Positions 37,281 through 47,563 of a DNA stretch of 64,000 bases are shown here, piece by piece. A model generated the notes under the pieces. It did no database searches. It had not been told where the DNA came from and was given only the letters and a program-made list of their open reading frames with translations. The DNA comes from a virus. Within the stretch, counting starts at the first letter, position 1. Every line of letters begins with the position of its first letter. A program made the position numbers and the translations under genes. The stretch is taken from IMG/VR virus record IMGVR_UViG_3300003309_000009, positions 47,859 to 111,858 of that record, one strand, 5' to 3'.

Positions 37281-40157
37281 GTGACAACTGCTACTGAAAA
37301 ATTAATGAAAAACATGTCACTGTACCATAAGAGCCCCGTCTCTGTTAAGCAGAACGTTCTGGATGTTCTTGAGGACGGACTAAATGGTTATGACATTGTT
37401 GATCCTAATAATGCTTTTATATTTGCCATGACGGCAAGTTGTACCCTATCAAGTTCTTGCATTGTAGAATCTGAATCTAGGACCCGTTCACTCTACCCCC
37501 AACTAGCTAAAGACCCAGGTGACATCTATCGTCATATGAGCGATTCCGAATATATCGGTAGATTTTCAACCCCATCGGTATCAGAGTTATCTATTCTATT
37601 ACCATATGAAGCTTTACTGAGGGAGTCTGTATTAAATCCCAATACATCCATTCGATCAGCAGTCATTCCGAGAAATACTCGATTTACTGTGGACGATACT
37701 GTCATGGGTATCCATTATCCTATTCGCATTGATATTCTGCCTCAGGGTAATATTCAAACCACCTACGATACATCACAAATTAGCCCTGCTAAAGCATTGA
37801 CTTCGAATGTGGTGACTACAAACCGAATTAATATCGAAGGTGTTAACTACTTGCAATTAATGGTGCCAGTAGAGCAGTTTGATATTGAGAGTGTTACGCA
37901 CCCACTTGATATCACTGGTACATTTAGACAGTCCATTGGTTTTACCGATAACTTCTACTTCTGTAGAGCCTTTGTTGACCGTGGTAATGGTACCTGGGAA
38001 GAGATTAAAACAACTCACAGCTTACAAGTATATGATCCCAATGAAGTAACTCTGGTACTTGAAGTTGGCGATGGTATTTTAGATGTAAGACTACCTGAGA
38101 TTTACCATAGTACTAATATCGCCGGTGATGTTATTCGAATTGATATTTATACCACAAAAGGTGATGTTACAGAAGTACTACGTAACTTATCACCTAGTAG
38201 CTTTTCAGCTAACTGGCTGGATCTAGATACACTAAATCCTGAGCCCTTGGCAGCGCCATTAAGTAACATCAGCGACTGGCTAATCTTTGCAAATAAAGAT
38301 TTAGCAGGCGGTACTCGGGAAAGAACATTTGAAGAAATGCGTGCTCGTTCAATCAACCGCACCGAAAGACATGATGTCCCTATTACCGAAACGGACATCA
38401 AAAGTAAACTAGAGTTAAATGGGTATTCAGTACAGAAATACATTGATAATGTTACTGACCGTCTTTTTGTAGCTAGTAAGTTACTACCATCTGCCAATCG
38501 ACGTGGTTTGGATACTAAGGTTAAAGCCTCTGTTGAAAATGTGTATCTCACAAATGAAATAGAAGATTACAGTGAAACAATCGTTGATAATGGTGATCGG
38601 TTTACTATTAAGCCGAACGCTTTATTTAGATTTCAAGATGGGCAAATGAAACCACTATTAAATGGTGAGATTCAGGCCATTGAAGGTCTATCTGACGCAG
38701 AGTCATTAGTGGCTACTATAAATTCTAACGATTATTGGTATACCCCATTTTACTATGTTCTTGATGTTAAGAATGATATCTTTAATGTCAGACCATATAT
38801 TTTGGACAACCCTAGTATCACTGCTCGTAGCTTTGAAATGATTAACTCCAAGGTTAATTATGCATTCAATACATCCAACATTAGTGTTAGCTTAATTGAT
38901 GATAAGTACACCATCGTTGTGGATACCATTGCACCTCAAGGGGTACCACAGTCCGAAGTTATCCATTGTCAACTGAAATATACCAGTCCATTTAACGACG
39001 ACATTGTGTTTCAGGATGTCATTGGGACAGCAACTAGTCCAACCGGTGTTAGGTTTACGTTTGAGTTTGAAACTAACTTTGACATTAACCTAGATAACCG
39101 TTTAATGTTAACAAACCTTAAATCGGTTAATGATGTTACACTTCCGTTAGTTGTAGATTTAATTTCTAAATTCGATCTATTTTATCTGGTAGAAGGTGAT
39201 AACACTGGTCTTGAAACTACCATTGATGACCAGCCTTTTGATACAGGAACGGCTGTTGTTCTAGCATCCTATGAAACAGTTACGTTTGAGTTTGCGGATT
39301 TCCAAGATAATCTATACGCACCTGGGCGCAGTATTGTAGGTCTACCTACATACAAAAAACATACTGTTGATGTACCAGCTGTCTATGAGGAGAGAGTCTA
39401 TCAAGAAGGACCATATGGCTACGCCTTTGTTGAGGAAGCTAACGGCTCCATCACCCTTGAAGTAAAACATGAGGTAGGTGATCCTGTTCTAGACTCATCG
39501 GGTAATCCAGTACTTAAACATAGCATCGGCGATGACATGAAGGATTCTTCTGGTAATAAGATCATTGAAACCGAGGCTATGATTGAATATCTAGCAGGCG
39601 TTTGTTTATTTGATGCATCCTATCGATTCGTTACTGCTGAAACTGGCGTAGCATCTAGGGATAAATTCTCAACAGATATTAGACAGTATTTAGAGAATGA
39701 AATCCAGCCTATTGCTAAAGATCTATCTGATAGAACTGAATTGTCCTTTAAGCCAAAAGGCACTGCTAGAAATATCAAGGTTCATATCGGTGGTGGTATA
39801 GAAACAACTATACCAAATGAGCTAACCTTTAACATCAGATATTATCTACGTGAAGCTGGTATTAAAGATCCTAGTTACATAAGTAACCTAGAACTTGATA
39901 CAAGGACCATATTAGGCGAATTGATCGGGGGTAAGGAGTTAGCCCTATCTAATATCAAAGATCGCTTAAAAGAGGCCGGAGGGCCTCTGGTGGCAGATGT
40001 AGATATTGATCGCTTTGGTGCGGATAAATCGATTAGCATCATGACATTATCTGATGAAGGAACATCCTTTAATATTAGAGAATATTTAACTGTGTTAGCT
40101 GATGGTCGTATAGACCTAACTGACTCTGTTGAAATCTCTTTTAATAGAAGTATGTAA
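37281..40157 (+). CDS. Large baseplate wedge protein (gp87-like; T4 gp6/baseplate J-related)
   Basis: 958 aa; GGTRERTFEEMRARSI resembles the baseplate-J GG.D.E...R.R motif; GTG start. Confidence 0.72.
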   Translation: MTTATEKLMKNMSLYHKSPVSVKQNVLDVLEDGLNGYDIVDPNNAFIFAMTASCTLSSSCIVESESRTRSLYPQLAKDPGDIYRHMSDSEYIGRFSTPSVSELSILLPYEALLRESVLNPNTSIRSAVIPRNTRFTVDDTVMGIHYPIRIDILPQGNIQTTYDTSQISPAKALTSNVVTTNRINIEGVNYLQLMVPVEQFDIESVTHPLDITGTFRQSIGFTDNFYFCRAFVDRGNGTWEEIKTTHSLQVYDPNEVTLVLEVGDGILDVRLPEIYHSTNIAGDVIRIDIYTTKGDVTEVLRNLSPSSFSANWLDLDTLNPEPLAAPLSNISDWLIFANKDLAGGTRERTFEEMRARSINRTERHDVPITETDIKSKLELNGYSVQKYIDNVTDRLFVASKLLPSANRRGLDTKVKASVENVYLTNEIEDYSETIVDNGDRFTIKPNALFRFQDGQMKPLLNGEIQAIEGLSDAESLVATINSNDYWYTPFYYVLDVKNDIFNVRPYILDNPSITARSFEMINSKVNYAFNTSNISVSLIDDKYTIVVDTIAPQGVPQSEVIHCQLKYTSPFNDDIVFQDVIGTATSPTGVRFTFEFETNFDINLDNRLMLTNLKSVNDVTLPLVVDLISKFDLFYLVEGDNTGLETTIDDQPFDTGTAVVLASYETVTFEFADFQDNLYAPGRSIVGLPTYKKHTVDVPAVYEERVYQEGPYGYAFVEEANGSITLEVKHEVGDPVLDSSGNPVLKHSIGDDMKDSSGNKIIETEAMIEYLAGVCLFDASYRFVTAETGVASRDKFSTDIRQYLENEIQPIAKDLSDRTELSFKPKGTARNIKVHIGGGIETTIPNELTFNIRYYLREAGIKDPSYISNLELDTRTILGELIGGKELALSNIKDRLKEAGGPLVADVDIDRFGADKSISIMTLSDEGTSFNIREYLTVLADGRIDLTDSVEISFNRSM

Positions 40158-40168
40158 AATCCCGACAT

Positions 40169-40194
40169 ATGAGAGTCCCCTAGGGGACTCTCAT
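40169..40194. terminator. Perfect palindrome terminator, related to the 7.3 kb and 17 kb cassette
   Basis: ATGAGAGTCCCCTAGGGGACTCTCAT at a convergent junction. Confidence 0.75.
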
Positions 40195-41651
40195 TATTTT
40201 GCCTTTTCTTCATCATCAGAATAGGATTTCACTAGTTTAGAAATAGTGTTAAACAGCTTTTCTGCGTTTTGAAGTACTTGCTTAGAACCAGCAATCAGTG
40301 TATACATACTACGAAGTGTAACACGCCCCGTATGAATAATACCAGTTTCAGTATTTACCAATACATTCGGAAAATCATCCTCGATAAGATCCATATAGAT
40401 TGGATCCTTCTTTTTACGGATAGACTCTGGCACCGCTTTAAATGATGCATGTTTAAGATATACATCTAGATTATTAGACATTTTCTTAATTTCACTATCT
40501 ACAGAGCGTTGAATATGGTTATACTTATCCGGATTGATTCGCGCTTGTTCTTTAAGGTATGTGTTAAACTCAGGAACAGTTTTAACAACCGGGTTGTCTG
40601 CCTTACGATCATCGGTAATAAACCATGTGCTATAATCAAAAGGTTCGACTGGTATCCATTTACCACCTTTTTCAATAGAGCGAGCTTTAGCCCAGAAAGG
40701 CTTTTGTCCACTAGAATCTAATGAAGTATCTGAGATATACTGACCATCTTTCATATAAGACTTAACCTGAGAGCTAATATCCGATAGAGTCGATTTATCA
40801 GACTGCCAGGTTTCAAGTACTTTAAATAGCTCAGTGGGATTTCTACCATAATCAATAGCTTGTGGATTAATGCTCTCTAGCATAGAGCGATACTGTTCTA
40901 ATTTATCAAGAAGTAGAGTACCGCCTATTTGCTTCTCAGCCATCTCAGCTGCCACTGTATAAGTCTCAGAAAGTGCCCTTGAGATAGGATCAATAACTGA
41001 ACCAATATGATCAATAATCCCAGCTGCAACTAGAGGATGATTAACGCCCTCACCTAAAATAATACTATTGTATTTTTCTTTAGATAGCATCTCTTCAAGC
41101 TCATCACGCAATTTGATTGTCTTAGAAGATAGATTAGTGTCATCATCGGCTTTGTCAAACAGTTTCGCCCAGTGTAATTTCAGCCACTCTAAATCCGACT
41201 TAAGTTCACCGGCAATACCTTTAAAAGCAAATGCTCCTACACTGCCAAAACCCGCGGCAAGTAGTAACATAATACCAGCAACAATTGTACCTAGAACATA
41301 TTTAATGACTTTAAAGGCACCCTTAACGATAGCCTTACTTGCTTTTGATACAGCCGCTAGGAAGCTTTCCTGAGCGATATCGCTATGAACGTCAGAAGGC
41401 TCTACTGTGAAAAACTCTGGAGCATAATCTAACTCCATATAACCCTCAGTAATATCCTGAAGCTTCTCCATAGCGGTTCTACAAGGTCCATAGGTAACCG
41501 CGTTATTTTGAAGAATGGTAATTTGTCGTAGATCATCTTCTAGTTTAGCGTAGATCCCAATACCCTCTTCAGCTAGACTGAAGATCTTATCGACATCATT
41601 ATCTTCTACAGCTAACTCATAATCGTCTTCTAGTTCTTCTAACGAACGCAT
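40194..41651 (-). CDS. Head/ejection protein (gp86-like) with a hydrophobic segment
   Basis: Acidic propeptide ending IAQE|SF; hydrophobic VLGTIVAGIMLLLAAGFGSVGAFAF. Confidence 0.62.
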   Translation of the reverse strand: MRSLEELEDDYELAVEDNDVDKIFSLAEEGIGIYAKLEDDLRQITILQNNAVTYGPCRTAMEKLQDITEGYMELDYAPEFFTVEPSDVHSDIAQESFLAAVSKASKAIVKGAFKVIKYVLGTIVAGIMLLLAAGFGSVGAFAFKGIAGELKSDLEWLKLHWAKLFDKADDDTNLSSKTIKLRDELEEMLSKEKYNSIILGEGVNHPLVAAGIIDHIGSVIDPISRALSETYTVAAEMAEKQIGGTLLLDKLEQYRSMLESINPQAIDYGRNPTELFKVLETWQSDKSTLSDISSQVKSYMKDGQYISDTSLDSSGQKPFWAKARSIEKGGKWIPVEPFDYSTWFITDDRKADNPVVKTVPEFNTYLKEQARINPDKYNHIQRSVDSEIKKMSNNLDVYLKHASFKAVPESIRKKKDPIYMDLIEDDFPNVLVNTETGIIHTGRVTLRSMYTLIAGSKQVLQNAEKLFNTISKLVKSYSDDEEKAK

Positions 41652-42442
41652 ACGTATCTCCTAAGGATGTCCATGACATCATCAGCACTAGCACCAAATG
41701 AAAAGTCTTCTGGTAGGAAGTCATCAGTAAAGTCAATCCAGTCGAATAGGTAGTCTAGGTAACCGCTGACATCGTCACCGGATAAGATACCTGGTAGACT
41801 CTTTAACTTAGCGCCTTCGGCATAGAATTCAATGTAAAAGAAAAAGGCGTTCCAGATCTTGGTTTGTTCGTCTGAGTCATAGACGTTGCCGAACAACTCG
41901 CGCATTCTATTTTTAAATTCACGAATAAGACCTTGGTCAGTACGCGCTACCTGAGCCTCTTCCGGTGTTTTAATGTGATAACCCTCGCTAGTACGTTCAC
42001 TAGTGCGTTCAAAGAATATATCATCTAAGAAGACTAGTAGATGATTCCACTCTTCTTCATAATTTTTGCGGATATCAGGGTCGTTCATGGCGACGCGATT
42101 TAAAAAGAACAGTGAAATGTAACGGTAACCCCCGGTATCTACTAAGTATTCAAAACCCGCAATGGTCATTTCTAAGACAAAATTAACCGGAAGGGGAATC
42201 GATTGAGAGACCTGGGTTAAGAACTGTTTAACCTCTTGACGATATTTAATATCAAAGATTTCGCGACCAGTAGGACGCTCGCCGTTAGCATACAGAGTTG
42301 GTACAGTTTGACCAATTGGTGCTTTTGGAAGGCCTGATAAAATCAAACCTACCAGGATGGCATTTCTGACATCCGATTTATATGGCTTCAGTAATTCCTG
42401 CACAGAAACTGGATCCATAGTTTTAATCTCAATAACCTGCAT
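41639..42442 (-). CDS. Virion protein (gp85-like)
   Basis: 267 aa between the gp84-like and gp86-like genes; synteny only. Confidence 0.55.
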   Translation of the reverse strand: MQVIEIKTMDPVSVQELLKPYKSDVRNAILVGLILSGLPKAPIGQTVPTLYANGERPTGREIFDIKYRQEVKQFLTQVSQSIPLPVNFVLEMTIAGFEYLVDTGGYRYISLFFLNRVAMNDPDIRKNYEEEWNHLLVFLDDIFFERTSERTSEGYHIKTPEEAQVARTDQGLIREFKNRMRELFGNVYDSDEQTKIWNAFFFYIEFYAEGAKLKSLPGILSGDDVSGYLDYLFDWIDFTDDFLPEDFSFGASADDVMDILRRYVCVR

Positions 42443-42453
42443 GATTAAAATTC

Positions 42454-43740
42454 CTATTCAATAGTTGTTTGAAGACGAGCAGCGGCTTCTGTTAATCGGT
42501 TATTCATAAGAGCCTCTAACTCTTGCTGAATCTTTTGAGCCTTATGATGCTTCTTACCATAAGGTAAGACATACTGCCAAAGAAATTGGTGTAAATCAGG
42601 TGAATCGTTAACACTGTCTTCAAGGGAGTTGATAACATTGATATCTGCTACTATAGCCTTACGCTGTTCTTTTGTAAGATCTTTTTCTTTAAGCTGCATG
42701 GTAAGATTTTCTCTTACTTTACCGTATCGATCCTTAACGCTATCATACCACTGATCCATTGGGTTAATTAGACATTGTAATAGTAAAGTGATCGATCCAG
42801 TTAAAACAGCACCACCTTTACCGCCCCCACCAGCTGAACCGAGTAAAAGAATAGTAATAAACTTAGCAGCCTCTACCAGGTAGAACGACGGAGTACTTAA
42901 AAATCTCTGCGGATCATATTTTCTATGGAGCTTATCCAGGCCGGTCACCAGTGCCTTACCATAACCCATACGTGTTGCATACTGATCTGCCAGTTGTTCA
43001 AAGCCACGATTTGAATAAATGTTATTACCTAACTGATTAGTGGTTTCACGAACACATCCATCGATGATGACTGTGCGATAATAATCTGGTTCCCGGCGAC
43101 GGCTAGCTATGGTCTCAGGCGATTCAATTTTAGCATAGCCTGTAGAATTAATATCACGCAGGATCTTAATACGCTGTTCGGTATCCTGAGCATTCGTTAG
43201 GGCCTTGATGCCCTCATCCAATATGTAATTGGTACTGGTTAACCTAGACAAAACCTCATAGTAGTGAAATATATGTCCAATTTCATGAAGGATAATCGCT
43301 GTAATCTCAGGCACTGTAAAATCAGAACCTGCATAAAAAAGTTTCTGTCCAAAGTAAAATGTTACCGGAGCTTCAGCAAATACGCCGCCAACTTTACCTG
43401 TCTCTAAATCGACAGTTCCCTCAATGTAATCTTTTCGCTTAAGTAGCTTTTTACTATCTTCAGACTTAAAGATTTGTTTACGAAATGAATCTAGCACCGG
43501 GTTATTTTTATCAATATCCGGTGGTAAAACAGCTGCTTGAAAACCATTTTTAAAATCTAATTTACCTTTAATACCAGTGTGGTGTGAAATAACTTTAAAC
43601 AGGCCTGAATCGAGAACTTGTTGTTCGGTAACTTTCTTATGTTTTCTGAGTTTTCTGAGTGCAATTTCAATCTCTTTACCTAGAGTTGGATTTGCATTAA
43701 AGTTGAGTCCTTCAAGACCCATCATAATTGAATCATTCAT
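42454..43740 (-). CDS. Head/ejection protein (gp84-like) with M48-type zinc metallopeptidase motifs
   Basis: AIILHEIGH and EQLADQYATRMGYGKALVTGLDKL; short propeptide MGLE|G; C-terminal hydrophobic hairpin. Confidence 0.68.
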   Translation of the reverse strand: MNDSIMMGLEGLNFNANPTLGKEIEIALRKLRKHKKVTEQQVLDSGLFKVISHHTGIKGKLDFKNGFQAAVLPPDIDKNNPVLDSFRKQIFKSEDSKKLLKRKDYIEGTVDLETGKVGGVFAEAPVTFYFGQKLFYAGSDFTVPEITAIILHEIGHIFHYYEVLSRLTSTNYILDEGIKALTNAQDTEQRIKILRDINSTGYAKIESPETIASRRREPDYYRTVIIDGCVRETTNQLGNNIYSNRGFEQLADQYATRMGYGKALVTGLDKLHRKYDPQRFLSTPSFYLVEAAKFITILLLGSAGGGGKGGAVLTGSITLLLQCLINPMDQWYDSVKDRYGKVRENLTMQLKEKDLTKEQRKAIVADINVINSLEDSVNDSPDLHQFLWQYVLPYGKKHHKAQKIQQELEALMNNRLTEAAARLQTTIE

Positions 43741-43833
43741 TGTTATAAACCTTAGGAGATTATTAAAAAATAATTGATGCTCGCTATAGTATTACTAGCG
43801 GGAATACGTATTTATAATTGAGTGGAGACCACC

Positions 43834-45564
43834 ATGAGTGATCAATCTATACGACGTGAATTTATCCACGGAACCTATGGTCGTAATAGAAACCATAAAC
43901 ATGAAGATGTAGTATTAGTAAAAGAACATTTACACTATCCAGATGGAACCATTAAACCCAACCTTCGGGTCATTAAAAACTACCAAAGGCCTTTTTGGAT
44001 AACCAAACCTGAATTTAGAGACCATAAGGATAAAAAAGAGTTTGAGGTAGTTTCTAAGTTAGAGAAATATACATCTACTCAAGCGGCATTGGCCGACAAT
44101 ATTAAAAGAGCATTGGGAATTCGAGGTCAGTATACCCCCTTACGGGAATTGAGAGAGAACCAATATGTTTACGGCATTGATATTGCTACTCCGGTATTGA
44201 TTGCCAAAGAATATAAGGATCTAGAACCTGATCTTTCTTCGGACTCAACCTTAGCGGTAATGGACTATGAGACCGATGTCTTAAACGGCACTGAGAAGAT
44301 TGTTTCTGGCTCGATTAGCATGAAGGATAAATGTGTAATTGCCGTTACACGGGACTTCATGAACAATCGTACGGATCAGGAGATTATTGAAGGTACCTTG
44401 GCTAAGGCTGAGGAACTGATCCCCACAGAATTAAAAGAGCGTGGGATTAATCTCCATGAGATTATGGATGGTGAGGGTGGTATTGACATCCATGTCTGCG
44501 AAAACAACTTAGAAGTTGTTAGAAAGCTAATGGGGTATGCGCATAAATGGATGCCTGATTACTTATGTTTTTGGAACATGAAGTTCGATATCGGTAAAAT
44601 CATAGAGGCGTGTGAAGAACACAACTATGACCCAGCTCATGTCTTATCCGATCCGAGGGTACCACCAGCATACCGTCACTATAACTGGCTGCCTGATTCT
44701 GATTTTAAAGAAAACCCAGATGGTAACCGAACAACGAAGCATCCCGCGGATCAGTGGCATAAGCTAGAGTCAATGGCAAGCTTTGTCTGTATAGACTTAA
44801 TGTCATTATTTAAGAAAGCTCGTGTAACAGATCAACAAAGACCTTCATATTCATTAGATGCCATCCTTGATGAGATTCTAAAGATTAGAAAGTTAAAGAT
44901 TAAAGAGCTTGAAGGCGTCGTAGGGCTTGATTGGCACATTCGGATGCAACGTAAGTATAAATTCGAATACTTAGTCTATAACGCCTTCGATTGTATCTCT
45001 GTAGAAATGTTGGATGAGGAAACCGGGGACTGCTCTAAAGGCTTTAGGGGTTCATTAGGCATCTCACAGCCAACACGATACGCCAGTAACCCTAAGCGTC
45101 TAGCCGATGATCTCCATTTCGAATATCTTGAGAAAGGTAAAGTAATTGCCTGTACTTCTGCGGATATGACCGATGAGTTATGTAATGAGACCCCTATTAA
45201 GAAAGGATGGATTATTACACTGGCTTCTGAACTGGAGCATAACATCGGTGTGAAATGTCTATTAGAATTCCCGATGATTCGGACAAACATTTCACTACAT
45301 GCATTTGATGTTGATATTAAGTCTGCCTATCCTACCGGGGGTTCTACATTAAATGTTAGTAAGTCTACTAAGTACATGGAACTATGTAGTATCATCGGAC
45401 TTGATGAATATACAACACGTGCAATAGGTATCAATCTTACCAACACACCAGTTAATGCATTAGAGATCGCGGCAGCCGTTTACGACTACCCAGATCCTTT
45501 TGACGTATTAGCTGCGTTTGAGGAAGATATTGCTAATGAACAAGAAAAAAATATAGCGGCATAA
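43834..45564 (+). CDS. Split family-B DNA polymerase, exonuclease-containing subunit (gp82-like)
   Basis: ExoI DYETD, ExoII FWNMKFD, ExoIII YNAFD and polymerase motif A DVDIKSAYP. Motifs B and C are absent, so the partner subunit lies elsewhere. Confidence 0.85.
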   Translation: MSDQSIRREFIHGTYGRNRNHKHEDVVLVKEHLHYPDGTIKPNLRVIKNYQRPFWITKPEFRDHKDKKEFEVVSKLEKYTSTQAALADNIKRALGIRGQYTPLRELRENQYVYGIDIATPVLIAKEYKDLEPDLSSDSTLAVMDYETDVLNGTEKIVSGSISMKDKCVIAVTRDFMNNRTDQEIIEGTLAKAEELIPTELKERGINLHEIMDGEGGIDIHVCENNLEVVRKLMGYAHKWMPDYLCFWNMKFDIGKIIEACEEHNYDPAHVLSDPRVPPAYRHYNWLPDSDFKENPDGNRTTKHPADQWHKLESMASFVCIDLMSLFKKARVTDQQRPSYSLDAILDEILKIRKLKIKELEGVVGLDWHIRMQRKYKFEYLVYNAFDCISVEMLDEETGDCSKGFRGSLGISQPTRYASNPKRLADDLHFEYLEKGKVIACTSADMTDELCNETPIKKGWIITLASELEHNIGVKCLLEFPMIRTNISLHAFDVDIKSAYPTGGSTLNVSKSTKYMELCSIIGLDEYTTRAIGINLTNTPVNALEIAAAVYDYPDPFDVLAAFEEDIANEQEKNIAA

Positions 45565-45591
45565 AAGAGACTCCCATTTGGGAGTCTCTTT
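45564..45591. terminator. Bidirectional terminator
   Basis: AAAGAGACTCCC-ATTT-GGGAGTCTCTTT at a convergent junction. Confidence 0.85.
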
Positions 45592-45610
45592 GTCGAGGTG
45601 TTAGTTAAGC

Positions 45611-46201
45611 TTATTTACTATCAGCAGTAACCATGTTCAATGACAACATAGTGTTACGGACATTGGTGAATGCATCTGTAAATAGAAACTTTTCAACCAT
45701 GTTCAATGACTTACTTTCTACCACTACCGGTTCACCATTATCTGTGGTTTCAAAGTACACCGCGGTAGATTTATCAATAACTAAAGTCTTACCTTCTTCC
45801 AATGGGAACTCAAGCTTGAATGTATCTAACTGCGGAAGGCTACTAGGGTAGATTTTGATATATGCAAATGTACTTAGGATAGCTTCTGTTGGGGTAGCAT
45901 CACCACCACGTACCATTGCTAGACCACGATAGATAGCCGCTAATACACCAAGTGTACCGCAGATGGAGATCAGTGTATATGCAACGAATACTTCCGTACC
46001 ACATACGAATGTATATGCGGCCGCAAATAATCCCGTCAGTGGGGCAATCACACCCTGGTAGTGACTATCGCTAATAGCATTTAGTAGCGAGCCAACGGCA
46101 AACATAGCGGCAATTACGCCAACAGTGTGCATGTCCGATACAAACCATAGTGGTAAAATGCTGATAACAGTACAAGCGTATTTTAATAGATTGTGTTTCA
46201 T
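45611..46201 (-). CDS. Multi-pass membrane protein
   Basis: About four hydrophobic helices in the N-terminal 100 aa; likely start MKHNLL after AAGGA. Confidence 0.72.
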   Translation of the reverse strand: MKHNLLKYACTVISILPLWFVSDMHTVGVIAAMFAVGSLLNAISDSHYQGVIAPLTGLFAAAYTFVCGTEVFVAYTLISICGTLGVLAAIYRGLAMVRGGDATPTEAILSTFAYIKIYPSSLPQLDTFKLEFPLEEGKTLVIDKSTAVYFETTDNGEPVVVESKSLNMVEKFLFTDAFTNVRNTMLSLNMVTADSK

Positions 46202-46244
46202 GATATTATTCCTTTTAAGGGTTTTGAGATTTATCCTACATAAA

Positions 46245-46658
46245 TCATTTTTTGGTTTTGCCAAGTAAACGAATCTTGTACTTAATGCAAAAGATATCTA
46301 TGGCATGTTTATTAGACTCGCTGGTCTTTCCTAAAGCGTCAGCGAAGGCTAAACCGATGGCACTTTTAATTGTATCAATCATTAAACAAGAACCTGCGTC
46401 CTTATCAATGGCAGTTCCAATTAAATCACCAAGGGATTCGTTATAGTAACCTGTGAATACTTGTAGACGTACCGAGGGTACCATTCCACACATATTACAA
46501 GCTACCAGGGATCGAGCATCATAATCTTTCATATCTACATCTAATTCAATATCGCTGATTAATCGCTCGGCATTCTTTTCAAGGTCTGGACCAGACAACT
46601 TCCTAGCCCGCTGAATAAAATTACTATATTTATAATCAATCGAATTCATTTGTATCAA
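46245..46658 (-). CDS. Hypothetical protein, first gene after a class A promoter
   Basis: 137 aa; RBS AGGAG. Confidence 0.72.
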   Translation of the reverse strand: MIQMNSIDYKYSNFIQRARKLSGPDLEKNAERLISDIELDVDMKDYDARSLVACNMCGMVPSVRLQVFTGYYNESLGDLIGTAIDKDAGSCLMIDTIKSAIGLAFADALGKTSESNKHAIDIFCIKYKIRLLGKTKK

Positions 46659-46683
46659 CTCCTGATATCGATTCCAGATCCAT

Positions 46684-46704
46684 TATCACATGAGTAATAT
46701 GTAA
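46684..46704 (-). promoter_or_regulatory. Class A candidate early promoter TTACATATTACTCATGTGATA
   Basis: Exact 21-nt repeat of 55257-55277; contains TATTAC, the reported phiKZ early promoter core. Confidence 0.7.
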
Positions 46705-46739
46705 TTGTTTTTTCATTGATTTTAATAAAAGACCAGCAA

Positions 46740-46768
46740 TATAGAGAGGGCTTAAAACCCTCTCTATA
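46740..46768 (-). terminator. Intrinsic terminator
   Basis: TATAGAGAGGG-CTTAAAA-CCCTCTCTATA. Confidence 0.65.
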
Positions 46769-46786
46769 TTTACCTGGATGTTAGGA

Positions 46787-47497
46787 TTACTTACGAATGA
46801 TTTGACGTAAGTTATTCAACATATTACCACCAACGGGTGTTTTAATTGTCTCAGCAATTACATCCCAGTTGGCATTCTTACCAGCATCTTTACGCTTATC
46901 TTCGCTTGCAGTTTCTAAGATCAAGTTCAAGAACATCTTGTACTCATTAACCTGATTATTGGTTAACTTAGAAATAGCTGGGAAACCACGGAAACGACGT
47001 TTAGCAGAGAAAACACCATCATCTTCAGTCTCAGCTTCAGCATATGTCCAAAATGCAGTGACGAACTGAATCGCAGCTTCTAGATCTTTCGCCAAGGTGA
47101 AAGTCATGATAGAATAAAGTTCAGCCTGTTGATCAGCCCAAAATTGGTCGGGGCGAATAATCTGAGAACCGACGTTTTCAAGGTAGGCAATCATACGACG
47201 TTGTAAATTTGGATTTTTGCTAAACTCAGGGTAAGTGGCTTCTTCAACCACTTCGTCTTCTGGCTTTTCAGCATCATCTACAGCTGGGGCTGCATCACCG
47301 TCTTTGGTGCTATCATCATTGATGGTAGAATCTTCAGATGGCTTAGAATTTTGATCATCAGTCGGATTTAACTGATCATCACCATCTTTAGGATCAGGCG
47401 ATTGCCCATTGGTTACTTTCTCATCAGTGGCGACTGGATTGTCTTCGGTAGCTTTGTTCTGAGTAGCACCTTGGTTATTTTTTCGAGATCTGCCCAT
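46787..47497 (-). CDS. Protein with a disordered acidic N-terminus and a helical C-domain paralogous to 48664..49137
   Basis: D/N/Q/P-rich first ~90 aa; the C-domain shares EY(K/R)...LI...A....R......WD...G pattern. Confidence 0.75.
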   Translation of the reverse strand: MGRSRKNNQGATQNKATEDNPVATDEKVTNGQSPDPKDGDDQLNPTDDQNSKPSEDSTINDDSTKDGDAAPAVDDAEKPEDEVVEEATYPEFSKNPNLQRRMIAYLENVGSQIIRPDQFWADQQAELYSIMTFTLAKDLEAAIQFVTAFWTYAEAETEDDGVFSAKRRFRGFPAISKLTNNQVNEYKMFLNLILETASEDKRKDAGKNANWDVIAETIKTPVGGNMLNNLRQIIRK

Positions 47498-47563
47498 TAG
47501 TAGGCTCCTTTTAACTTAATTGATTTAAAACATGCATGTTGTAATAGTCAACATAACAATGTG

